Shown here: positions 24,955-34,256 of the stretch, piece after piece | Layout of the letters: the number at the start of each line of letters is the position of its first letter | How positions within the stretch are numbered: position 1 is the stretch's first letter | DNA from: Marsupella aquatica | Taxonomy: Eukaryota; Plantae; Marchantiophyta | NCBI GenBank assembly: GCA_973895155.1 | Contig: OZ316895.1 | Location: forward strand, 18,423,880-18,487,879 | Direction of reading: 5' to 3' | Length of the DNA: 64,000 bases | Translations under genes and position numbers: made by a program | Notes under the pieces: model-generated | Databases searched by the model: none | What the model was told of the DNA's origin: nothing | What the model saw: the letters and a program-made list of their open reading frames with translations, nothing else

Positions 24955-27900
24955 TGTGGTGCGTCCCATGGCTCCCTAAACCCAAGAAACCCCCCAGCTC
25001 AAGCCGATTCCCGCAGGTTTCGTGCTTGGCGAGGCCGTTTCCGCGGCTTAGCGGCATGGGACGCTGCTAACCTTCTACTACTACTATTAACATTTTACAC
25101 ACATATACTGGACAGATCCTTCATCGGGTCATGAGATACGTAGCCGGCCTAATATAGGTCTTCCCCTGTCTTCCCCTGTCTTCCCCTCCGTCTTGTTAGG
25201 TATGTTTGGATTCCGCCGCCGGAATGATCCCCAATAGGCTTGGTTAAGCCGCTAAGACCTCTCTTAGCTCGACACATCCAACTCTCACTCCCCTGCTTAC
25301 TTTCCTTCCTTCTGTTGATGTGGGCACTCTTCACACAAGTTAATGCGACACACAAATAGCAAAATGACTCATTCTGACTGAGTCATACCATGCACTTGCC
25401 ATACAAACAGTACATCTCATACACAAGTTCTGCGAACTAAGCCGTGAGGCCAACTCTATTCAGCTCTTAGGCATGAGGAAACATGAATATACACAAGGGT
25501 CACTGTATGACTAACCGAGAGCTTCTCGTACTACTTGATCCCAGCCCGGCTGGTGCAAACTAAAAACTTGCTAAAGAAGAGGCCCTGAGCTCCCCGCTGC
25601 CCAGGTACTTATCCTGGTAGTGGATCCGCCATTCTTTGCATCGTAAGCCTAATCTACTTAACAGTAATCTACTTGCCCGAATCTACCTATGTACAGCAAG
25701 GCAGGAGCACAAGTGTTGCTCCTACCAGTGGGACCGCAATCCCACTAAGCTAAGTGTCAGGGCCGCTCCTGGTTCTAATCCTAATCCTAAACGTGGAGAT
25801 CCGCGCCCGCCCTGCCCACTCACGCCTCCTCCCTCCACGTCCGCCGTCCCTAAAAGGAACGGCGCCCTTGCACCGTCACGACACCGGTGGTGGATCCTTA
25901 ATGGACGCCCCCAACGCTTCCTCCTCAGCCACTGCCGTAGGCTCATTCCCTGACAGATTACCTGCCCTTGACTGAGTCAACTCTCCATCGGCCTGACTGG
26001 GTCCACCATCGGCGTCGGCATCGGCTCGAGAATCGGTTACGGCCTCAGCCTCGGCTACGGTCTCCCCGGCCTGCTCAAGAGGCGGATCTGGAATACTGGC
26101 CTCCTTACTGAGTAGTTCGGCTTGGGCCGCACCATCCCTACCTGTGATCATAGCGGGATCTATTGCCGTATTCATGTCGGAGGATGGTGCTGGTTCTACC
26201 TCTTTGGTCACCATGGCTTGTGGAGTCGGATACTCCTTGACCCTGAAGGTTTCCGCTTTTTCTTCTTTTCTGGTTCGGCAGCTGGTCCCTTCCCCTTCCC
26301 ACTTACCTCCGGCACTGGTGCAGTTGGCGCGGCTTTTTCTTCGGCCAGTACCACTCCTGGTAACTTGGTTGCCCCAATTGGAGTTGGGCCTGATGAAGAC
26401 AAGCACCTAAATACTGCGGCTTGTTTCTTCAGCCGCTCCGTTTGGTTGTCGGCCCGCCGCTGGAGGTTCTCCATCTTCCTCGTGATTTCCTCCAACTCCT
26501 CCTGGGTCTCATCCAGGTCCTTGCGTGCCTCCTCTAGTTCCTTCTGGGCTTCCTCCCATTCTTGTTTCAAGGTAGTCCTCTCCTCCTGGGTTGCTTTTAG
26601 CTCCTTGTCGAGCTCTGCAATGATGACAGACTCCATCTGGTTCATCTTGGCGTAAGTCTGTTCGAGCATCTCGTCCTTCTCCCTTAGGTCGGCCTTGAAG
26701 CTGGCCGTCAGGGACGCAAGCTCCTGCTGCAGCGCCATAATCCCTTGATAGGATTTCCCTAACTCGGCCTCCTTCTGCTCAAGGGCTCCGCGGATTTTCT
26801 CGAGCTCCCCTTTCAACGCCCATTCCTTTCTTTGGGTCTCCGCCATGGCCCGGCTGTTGGCTGTTATGTGGGCCTCCTCTATATTCTTCAGCTCTTGCTT
26901 CCACTTCTCCCTCTCTTTGATCGTGTCGGCCAACTCTTCCTGCGTCTGAGACAGTTTATCCTTGATATTCTGATTATCAGCCTGCGCGGTGTCCAACTGC
27001 CCCTGCATGATGTTCAGCTCATGTCGTTTAATCCGCAGTTCATCTTGGGCTTTCTTGGCCGCCCCTAGATCTTCAATCTCGGCTTCCATCCTCCTAAGCC
27101 GCCGAATGACCTCGTCCTTCTTGCTTCTCTCTAAAGCCACCGCTTCTTCTAATTGGTGCTTCTCCAACTGCTCCCTATGGAAAAAGGGTCCTACCTCCAA
27201 CTCCTCTCCAAAGATGCCGAGCGCAAGTTCCCCACACATCTCACCATACTCCATGGCTCTATTCTTAGCGTAGGTGGAGTAAGTAGAAGTGATCGGCATC
27301 GCCCATCGCGGCCTCTGCTCCCAAGCCGTCCTGCGGATCTCTTCAATCGTGGCTAGAGGTTTGCTTCCTTTTTTGGCTAGCCGCCTGATGTCCTCCGGCC
27401 AATCTCCTCCTGGTAAATCCTTTTCCTTAGCCAGGGCGGCCTCCTCCTCCTGCTTGATTCGCTCCTGAAATTCCTGCACCGTCTGTTTTATGCCGTCGAA
27501 GCTCGGGGGAGCAACATCTGGTGGGGGAGACTCAGGGCTACTCTGCTGGTTGGGGTCCCCTCGCACTACCCTTGGAAGTGTGGGGACAAACCGGCCACAG
27601 GTCCTTACTCCTGGAACGTGATGGTCCGACCCATAGCCGGAATTATCATGGCTGCAGTCCTCCACTGCCTCCTCTACCTCTTGGACGTCCGGCTTCTCCC
27701 TCTCCTCTTCGTCGGTAGGAGCTTCAGGCAATTCTACCTCAGATTCGGAGCTTGAGGTTCCCACGTACATTCGAACACCTGGCTTGGATTCCGGCCTGAT
27801 TCTCTCCTTGTCTCCAGCAAAGGGGTTTTCTCTTGTGAGCCGGTGTAGGCCTACCTCTGTAGTAGTGTCCTGCATTGTTGACGTTGCCGTTGTTGTTGCC

Positions 27901-29622
27901 GATGCCGATTTCTTTTCTTTCTCCAGTAGTTTCAGCAGACTCTGCATGCCTGGTTGCTGCATCGGCAAGTCTTCCTTCCTGGGCCTAAACACCTGCTCGA
28001 TCGTAGGACTAACAGGTGGTTGAGGCTTCTCAGCCAACGGCCTCGGCGTTGGAGCTTCCTCGGGTGCCCTTACCTGCAGGGGAAGTACCGGGGCAAAAGT
28101 CTGACCTCTGGCATACCGGCACAACAGCGGCATGTGATAGCCCAGCCGCGACACGCTCCCCATGCCGATTACCTACTGCTCCTCCTTTAAGATCTTCTTC
28201 AATTGGTTGAGGAGGTACCCGTTGTAGTCCCGGCTTGGGTCTGGCCTTTCTGCCAGATAGACCTGTGCCTTGCCGATCTCTGCCCTCGGCAAGTTACAAT
28301 GCATGGTCACCCGCAAGAAGTCGATCATCTCTCCTATGTGCGGGTTGGTGCAGGTGTTCCGGAAGAAGCCATTCTTCGTTGATGGCCCGGGGAACGACCG
28401 GAACTCCTTGTCAGGCAAGGTCTTCCTGGTATCAACTTTGGTCTTATTGCCTATCGGCAGGCCAAACACTTCGGCAATTACCTTGGGAGTAAGATAGAAA
28501 TCCTTCCCATATATCCTCGTGCAATTGGTCTCGGGTTCCCATGACCCCACGAATTCTAATAGGTCTGACTCCGGTACCTCCGGCTTCAGCCATGGTAATC
28601 TTACAAAGGCCTCCAAGCCGGATCCGGCCATGAAGCCTTGGTACTTCTTGGTCTGCATGGCCGTAAAGCATGCATCCTCCTCCCGTGCAAAATGTAGTTG
28701 CACCTCCACCGGTAGGGTTGCCGCCCAGCCCTTCCAGGTGTCATCCCTGGTTGGAATGGCCTTGATGGGATCGACCTCCTCCTCTTCGGCTTCTCCCTGC
28801 CTCCTGTTCTGCTGCTCGGCTGGCTTCTTTGGTGCCGCCGACCTCGTTCTTTTTGCCGGGGTGGCTTCATCGTTGACGGCTCCCTTCCTCTTCATCTCTG
28901 CTGCCGTGGAGGTTTCTCCTAGCACCGTTGCCTGGGTCCACCTTTCCGTGCTACCCTTTAATTCCCAGTGTATGTCGTTGCAGTTCTTGATGGCCTCTCG
29001 GATGCCGACGACGCTGTCTTTGCAAAACAGAAGATCGTCGAGTTGATTGGAAGTAGGCATCCACAGGAACTCGTCCTTGATGAGTTCGCCTCCTAAGAAA
29101 GCCGTCTTCTGCAGCTCCCACAATCGAGCGAGCTCCTGCCGTTCTCGAGCTGCCCTTTCTGATTCCTCGTCCTCGTAAGTCTTGATGTACTCAGTTGCCC
29201 GTTCGAATAGGCATCCCCAGAAATGTGCCGCTTGATTGACGTTGCTCATACCCTCCTTAGGTCGATCGTCGGTATCTACTCTCTCCCCGAGTGCTTGCCT
29301 AAGCAGCTGACAGTAGTTGGCCTCCCGTAGTCGTCTGCCTAGTTCGTGCTCGCAAATGAGCCACCATCTCCTGCAAGCGCTCCTTACCCCTCTCCTCTGC
29401 CGGTCCTTCTTCCCGTTGATCCTTCCTAGCCGCCGACGCTTAACGCGCCCTAACCCTAATCGGGTTTTCACCCTCAGCCTTACCTCCGGCCTCGGCCCGG
29501 GTTCCATGGTTGCCCCTAATTGTTTATATTTTCCTTGTTTTGTCCCTATACTAAGGTGTTCCTAGGGTGCCTTCCTGCTTTACCCACTTAACCGGCCGAG
29601 TGATTCCTGTCTAGGCATCACA
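24955..29622 (-). repeat. Family-A LTR, 4668 bp (3' LTR)
   Basis: Minus strand TGTGATGCC...GCACCACA; preceded by a purine tract; the same boundaries are defined by the TSD of solo LTR D. Confidence 0.9.
25876..29249 (-). pseudogene. LTR-encoded accessory protein (about 1120 aa reconstructed; PMD/Athila-ORF1-like domain plus long coiled coil), one stop and one frameshift
   Basis: ORFs 28173-29507, 26208-28163 and 25876-26406 join into one protein when compared with the copy at 61691-64000, where KEEQ*VIG reads KEEQQVIG. Start at MSNVNQ (29249) or at 29507. Confidence 0.8.
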
Positions 29623-32600
29623 TAGCTCCCCACTTAATTGTGAAGCGTCCTCGCGAACAACTTCATCTTCGTCCATATAGTATTTCTTGAGGCGGTCATA
29701 ATGGATGCGAACTGGATATACCTCTCCCGTAATGTTGGCCAATTGTACGGAGCCATTGGGGAACATCATGGTTACTCTAAAGGGTCCTAACCAGCGAGTG
29801 TAAAGCTTTCCTGGAAACCTACTATACCTACTGTCATAAAGTAGCACAAGATCACCGGTATGAATACTAACTACTTTTAACCTTTTATCATACTGCTGCT
29901 TCATGATATTCTGTCTATATTCTACTCTCTCGGCTGAAATCATTCTCGCTTCCTCTAAAGCTTCTAACCTATATTCTCGCTCCTTTAGGCTCTCCTCCGC
30001 TGAGGCTCTTTCCTCAATTGTAACTTGAAATGTCGGTATCTCAAGTTGCATGGGTACCAGGGCTTCTTGTCCAAAGGTTAAGAAGAAGGGTGTATGACCG
30101 GTAGTGGATTTATAGGCAAGATTGTAAGCAAAAACAGCAGCAAACAATTTATCATCCCAATCGAGTTTGTTCTGAGCTACTGTCTTGTTCAATATCTTTC
30201 CTATAATTCCGTTTGCTCGTTCTGTCAACCCGTTTGCCTTTGGATGGTAGGGAGTAGTAGGCCTATGTTTAACTAAATACTGCTCATTTAAACGACTAAT
30301 TATATCATTCAAAAAATGGGTTCCTCTATCACTAACTAATTCTAGGGGTGCTCCATACCTGGTGAAGATCTGCTCATACATGAATCTAGCCGTAGTAATT
30401 GCATCATCCTTCGTTGTTGGTCTGGCCTCTACCCATTTAGTTGCATAATCCGTAGCCAGGATTATGTACTTGTTCCGTCGAGGGTGGGTCAGTGGTTTCA
30501 GAGGTCCAATGTAATCAATACCCCACTTCTCGAATGGTGCCAGAGGTAGAATAGGGTGTAGTGGATGCCTGGTGGACGCCCTTGGTCCTCCCGCTCGTTG
30601 ACAAGGATCGCATTGTTTGATAAACTGATAGACATCTTTGTGCAAGGTGGGCCACCAGTAACCGGCATTTAATATCTTTTTAGACGTGGTTACTGGGGCA
30701 AAATGTCCTCCGGCCTCCTCTCCATGCATGGCCCGTAGGACTCGTTTTACCTCTCTCTTTTCCAAACATCTTTGAATCGTGCCGTTGATTCCATGCTTGT
30801 GCAGTATGCCTTTAATGCACTGATACTGTCTGACCTTCCGCACAAAGACTGCGGCTTGCTCTCGGCTTAATCCTGGCTGTAATCTGGAAGTGCTGAGAAA
30901 TTGTAAAATCTCAGGGTACCATGTACCAGCTATTTCCACAACGAATAGCTCCTCGTCGGGGAATCGATCATCGATGCAATCCGTGGCAAGTTTACCTGTG
31001 ATCCTTGAAAAGAAGTCGGCATTGGCATGTAACTTTCCCGGCTTGATCCTCAGCTCATAGTCAAACTCCTGTAATAGCAAAATCCATCTTGCTACTCTGC
31101 CTGTAAGGTCCGGCTTATTAACTAGGTACTTCAAACTTTCGTGATCAGTATGAAAGATTACCTTGTACCCTAGTAAATAATGCCTAAACTTTTTACAAGA
31201 ATAAATGACTCCTAATGCTTCTCTTTCCGTGGTAGAGTAGTTCCGTTCGGCATCGGCAAGCTGACGGCTTGCGAAGTATATGGGATGGTCCCTTCCTTTC
31301 TCATCCAACTGACTTAGTACTGAGCCAATACAGAAGCCCGAGACATCTACAAAAACATGAAAATCTTTGTTCCAGTCCGGTGCTATCATGACTGGGGCCT
31401 CTACTAACATCTGCTTCAATTCTACCACCGCTGTGACTCGTTCGGGTGTGGGTTCGAAGTCTGCTCCTGCCTTGAGCATATTGGTTAATGGTAAAGCTAG
31501 CTTGGCAAAATCCTTGATGAACCGGCGATAGTAACCAATGCATCCCAAGAAGGATCTTACATCCTTTATGTTCTTAGGTTGCATGATATCTAGCCATACT
31601 GCTAGCTTACCTTTGTCAATCTCAATGCCCTTCCTTGATACCTTGTGACCTAGTAGCACCCCCTCGGTTACTGCAAAAAAACATTTATCTGGGTGTAACT
31701 TGAGACCCACCTCTCTACATCTCATGAAGGTTTTCCTGAGGTATTTAGCATGTTTCGATGCCTTCCCGAATACTGCAAAGTCATCAATGAAGATTTCCAT
31801 GAACTTTCTCAAGTAATCATGAAAAATGTTCACCATTAATCGTTGGAACATAGCTGGTGCGTTGCAGAGTCCAAACGGCATACGATTGAAGACATAGATC
31901 CCCCATTCCGTGATGAAGGCCGTCTTGATTTGGTCTTCCTGCCGAATCCTGATTTGGTTATAACTAGAGTATCCATCCATGAATGAATATAGTTCATGAC
32001 TGGCTACCATGTCTAGTACCATATCAGTAAACGGTAAAGGAAAATGGTCTTTTAATGTTGCTTCATTCAGCTTCCTGTAATCCTGACAAACCCGGATCTT
32101 GGGTTTACCATCGGGTCCAGCTTTCTTGGGAACTATCACAATTGGAGACACCCAGTCTGAATGCAGGATTGGAGTGATGAATCCAGCTTCCACTAGTTTG
32201 TCGATTTCTGTTTTGACCAGCAGGGAATACTTCGGGTTCATCCTTCGAATTGGTTGTCGAAATGATTTGGCTCCTAACATGAGATCAATTCGATGTTCCC
32301 CTAGTGTTGGATCTACTCCCTTTAGATCTTGGTGACTCCATGCAAACACATCCTGAAATTCAATCAATAAGTCACTGATCTCTTTCTCGAGCTCAGGTGC
32401 TAGGTTTCTCCCTAAGTTCAGTTCTCTTCCCTCTCCTAAGTCGAGCTTCCGATATTGCCGTGCTTGGATCATATTAATCTGCTTCTTCAAATTCGGGTCC
32501 AGTTCGGCTTCCAGTCTCTCTAATCTCATACCTCCATAAACTGGGATCTCGGCTGGACTAGCCGAGTCGGTCCCTTCCTTGGTGTCCATAGATTGTCCCC

Positions 32601-32877
32601 TTACCGGTCTATTCGGTTTTGAATTAGTGGTCGGCTCCCCTTCCTGCCTTGGCTCTGGATCGTGTCTGTCCATCTCATCCACCTCTTGCTCCTGAGAGTT
32701 AGGCCGCTGTGCTCTCTCGGCTTCTAATAGGGCCTCAATTTGTTCTGCCCTCGTAATCGGCTTGTATGCCGATCCCTTGGTATTTAATTCCTTGCCGATG
32801 ATCGATGGCGTTGTGGACCCCGTCGGCTCTGCCACAACGCCTGCAGAAAATCCACTGTCCCTGCTACTGCTCCCCAC
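29611..32877 (-). CDS. pol: Family-A pol (RT, RNase H, integrase), open 1088-codon frame
   Basis: WVSPIVIVPKK, RVCQDYRKLN, MPFGLCNAP, FIDDF; RNase H FHVFVDVS..ERNYSTTEREAL; integrase H-H-C-C, KWGIDYIGP, VSDRG, NGLTE, WLGPF. Confidence 0.93.
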   Translation of the reverse strand: MGSSSRDSGFSAGVVAEPTGSTTPSIIGKELNTKGSAYKPITRAEQIEALLEAERAQRPNSQEQEVDEMDRHDPEPRQEGEPTTNSKPNRPVRGQSMDTKEGTDSASPAEIPVYGGMRLERLEAELDPNLKKQINMIQARQYRKLDLGEGRELNLGRNLAPELEKEISDLLIEFQDVFAWSHQDLKGVDPTLGEHRIDLMLGAKSFRQPIRRMNPKYSLLVKTEIDKLVEAGFITPILHSDWVSPIVIVPKKAGPDGKPKIRVCQDYRKLNEATLKDHFPLPFTDMVLDMVASHELYSFMDGYSSYNQIRIRQEDQIKTAFITEWGIYVFNRMPFGLCNAPAMFQRLMVNIFHDYLRKFMEIFIDDFAVFGKASKHAKYLRKTFMRCREVGLKLHPDKCFFAVTEGVLLGHKVSRKGIEIDKGKLAVWLDIMQPKNIKDVRSFLGCIGYYRRFIKDFAKLALPLTNMLKAGADFEPTPERVTAVVELKQMLVEAPVMIAPDWNKDFHVFVDVSGFCIGSVLSQLDEKGRDHPIYFASRQLADAERNYSTTEREALGVIYSCKKFRHYLLGYKVIFHTDHESLKYLVNKPDLTGRVARWILLLQEFDYELRIKPGKLHANADFFSRITGKLATDCIDDRFPDEELFVVEIAGTWYPEILQFLSTSRLQPGLSREQAAVFVRKVRQYQCIKGILHKHGINGTIQRCLEKREVKRVLRAMHGEEAGGHFAPVTTSKKILNAGYWWPTLHKDVYQFIKQCDPCQRAGGPRASTRHPLHPILPLAPFEKWGIDYIGPLKPLTHPRRNKYIILATDYATKWVEARPTTKDDAITTARFMYEQIFTRYGAPLELVSDRGTHFLNDIISRLNEQYLVKHRPTTPYHPKANGLTERANGIIGKILNKTVAQNKLDWDDKLFAAVFAYNLAYKSTTGHTPFFLTFGQEALVPMQLEIPTFQVTIEERASAEESLKEREYRLEALEEARMISAERVEYRQNIMKQQYDKRLKVVSIHTGDLVLLYDSRYSRFPGKLYTRWLGPFRVTMMFPNGSVQLANITGEVYPVRIHYDRLKKYYMDEDEVVREDASQLSGELCDA
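29623..29637 (-). promoter_or_regulatory. Polypurine-tract-like sequence of family A, inside the pol coding sequence
   Basis: TTAAGTGGGGAGCTA directly precedes the LTR start TGTGATG on the minus strand; same at 40506-40520. Confidence 0.65.
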
Positions 32878-34256
32878 TTAGCCGTTTCATCCAATTGGTC
32901 TACATCCTTTACTTCCTCCGGAATTGCAGCTAAAAAGGTGGATTCTATTGTAAAGCAGTCCTCGACCTCTTCGTCTTCTTCTTCCAAGTCACCTTCCATT
33001 GGTTCTTGCCATAATCCGCTGGGGGCTACCTCTGGTCCAAAGACTCCTTCTTCGGTTAGGTTAGTGAGGCATTCTAACCAACGTACTTCATCGGCTGACT
33101 CCAGTCCACTGTCGTACCCATCTACTTCCCTTATGCTTTTCCTACGGTCATCCTTAGTGTCCCAGGATACCGTGATAGAGGGGGTCCCGAAAGTGAACTG
33201 CTTTTTACCCCAATCTTCTATTACCTCGGCTAGGTACAGCCATGGCCTACCAATCAATAGCCGGAATGACGTAGGATTTACCGGCTTCATTACTACATAG
33301 TTAATGCTAAAGAAGATACCTCCTATCTCTGTCTTGATGCCGGTTAACACTCCCGTAGGAATGACCTGATATCCATTGGCCATGTTCAACACTCTTCCAG
33401 TCATCTCCGGTGTTAGACCCCACCCTTTTGCTGTTGAATCAATCATAATACATACCCCTGATCCTCCATCGATGGTTACCCGTAGTAATAATTCTCCTTG
33501 AATCATTAATGGTAATGCTGGGGCTCCTTGATCTTCTTCTATCATTAGTACGTCGGATCTGGTTGCTACCTTGGGTAATCTCGGCTTGCCGAGAATAGCC
33601 TTCCTTAATTGCTTCCGGAAATACGGGCTATTTTTCAATAGTTGACCTACTGTTGCCGAGACTCTAGATTCTAGTACATCTTTAGCCAGGTCATAGGGAA
33701 CAATCGGCTTCTCTTCTGGTGGTGTTTCCGTCTTGGATTCGGCCAGTTTTGCCACGCTAGTCTCCACAACTGTTGGGTCTTCCGAAGCAAACAATGCTTT
33801 TGCTCGTTTTACATCCTTGGCAATGGCTTCGGTATTCTCCAGGGTTTCTAATTCTCTTAGTTGTTCCTTAACACTAGCCGTAACAGAGGGGTAGAACAAC
33901 TTAGGATGATCTCGATTGAAGTCGCTATCTTGTGAAGGATTGGTTTCACTGGTGGGCTCATGGCTTACCTGTATTGCCGGAGCCCTCCCTTCTCCTTCTG
34001 TTGATGTTGACGAAGAGTCGATCCTTTCCTCCGTAACCTTCCCTTTATTTTTGGCCAGCCCATCCCACCTTTCCTTCCTTCTGGTAGATCGAGTAGAGAC
34101 CCGGTAGCAATCATGATCTAAATCCTCCTCTGAGAAGGTTGATAGGGCTTTGGCCTCATCAGCAGATGGTACAAACTCTGCCTCGGCATCCTCTTGCCAT
34201 CCTAGTTCGATGTGGTTGATTTGAACTCCTCCGGGGGTAGTACCTGGCGGTAAGAT
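32784..34256 (-). CDS. Family-A gag-linker plus aspartic protease
   Basis: In frame with gag after a single TAG; open from 34256; motifs VTIDGGSGVCIM and LLIGRPWL. Confidence 0.85.
   Translation of the reverse strand: MLPPGTTPGGVQINHIELGWQEDAEAEFVPSADEAKALSTFSEEDLDHDCYRVSTRSTRRKERWDGLAKNKGKVTEERIDSSSTSTEGEGRAPAIQVSHEPTSETNPSQDSDFNRDHPKLFYPSVTASVKEQLRELETLENTEAIAKDVKRAKALFASEDPTVVETSVAKLAESKTETPPEEKPIVPYDLAKDVLESRVSATVGQLLKNSPYFRKQLRKAILGKPRLPKVATRSDVLMIEEDQGAPALPLMIQGELLLRVTIDGGSGVCIMIDSTAKGWGLTPEMTGRVLNMANGYQVIPTGVLTGIKTEIGGIFFSINYVVMKPVNPTSFRLLIGRPWLYLAEVIEDWGKKQFTFGTPSITVSWDTKDDRRKSIREVDGYDSGLESADEVRWLECLTNLTEEGVFGPEVAPSGLWQEPMEGDLEEEDEEVEDCFTIESTFLAAIPEEVKDVDQLDETAKWGAVAGTVDFLQALWQSRRGPQRHRSSARN

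Noticed and set aside
24508-25134. 208-aa ORF as a distinct gene
   Set aside because: It is the integrase tail of B running into the antisense strand of the inserted LTR; the same applies to the ends of 59661-60794 and 50983-51576.
26208-28163. LTR ORF as an envelope gene or captured host myosin/SMC gene
   Set aside because: No obvious signal peptide or transmembrane helix; similarity to such host proteins would be generic coiled coil; no introns, and a homologue exists in element C.
29611-32877. Assignment to chromovirus or Tat/Ogre lineage
   Set aside because: No chromodomain after integrase and no additional archaeal-type RNase H seen; left as non-chromovirus (Phygy/Athila-like) pending phylogeny.
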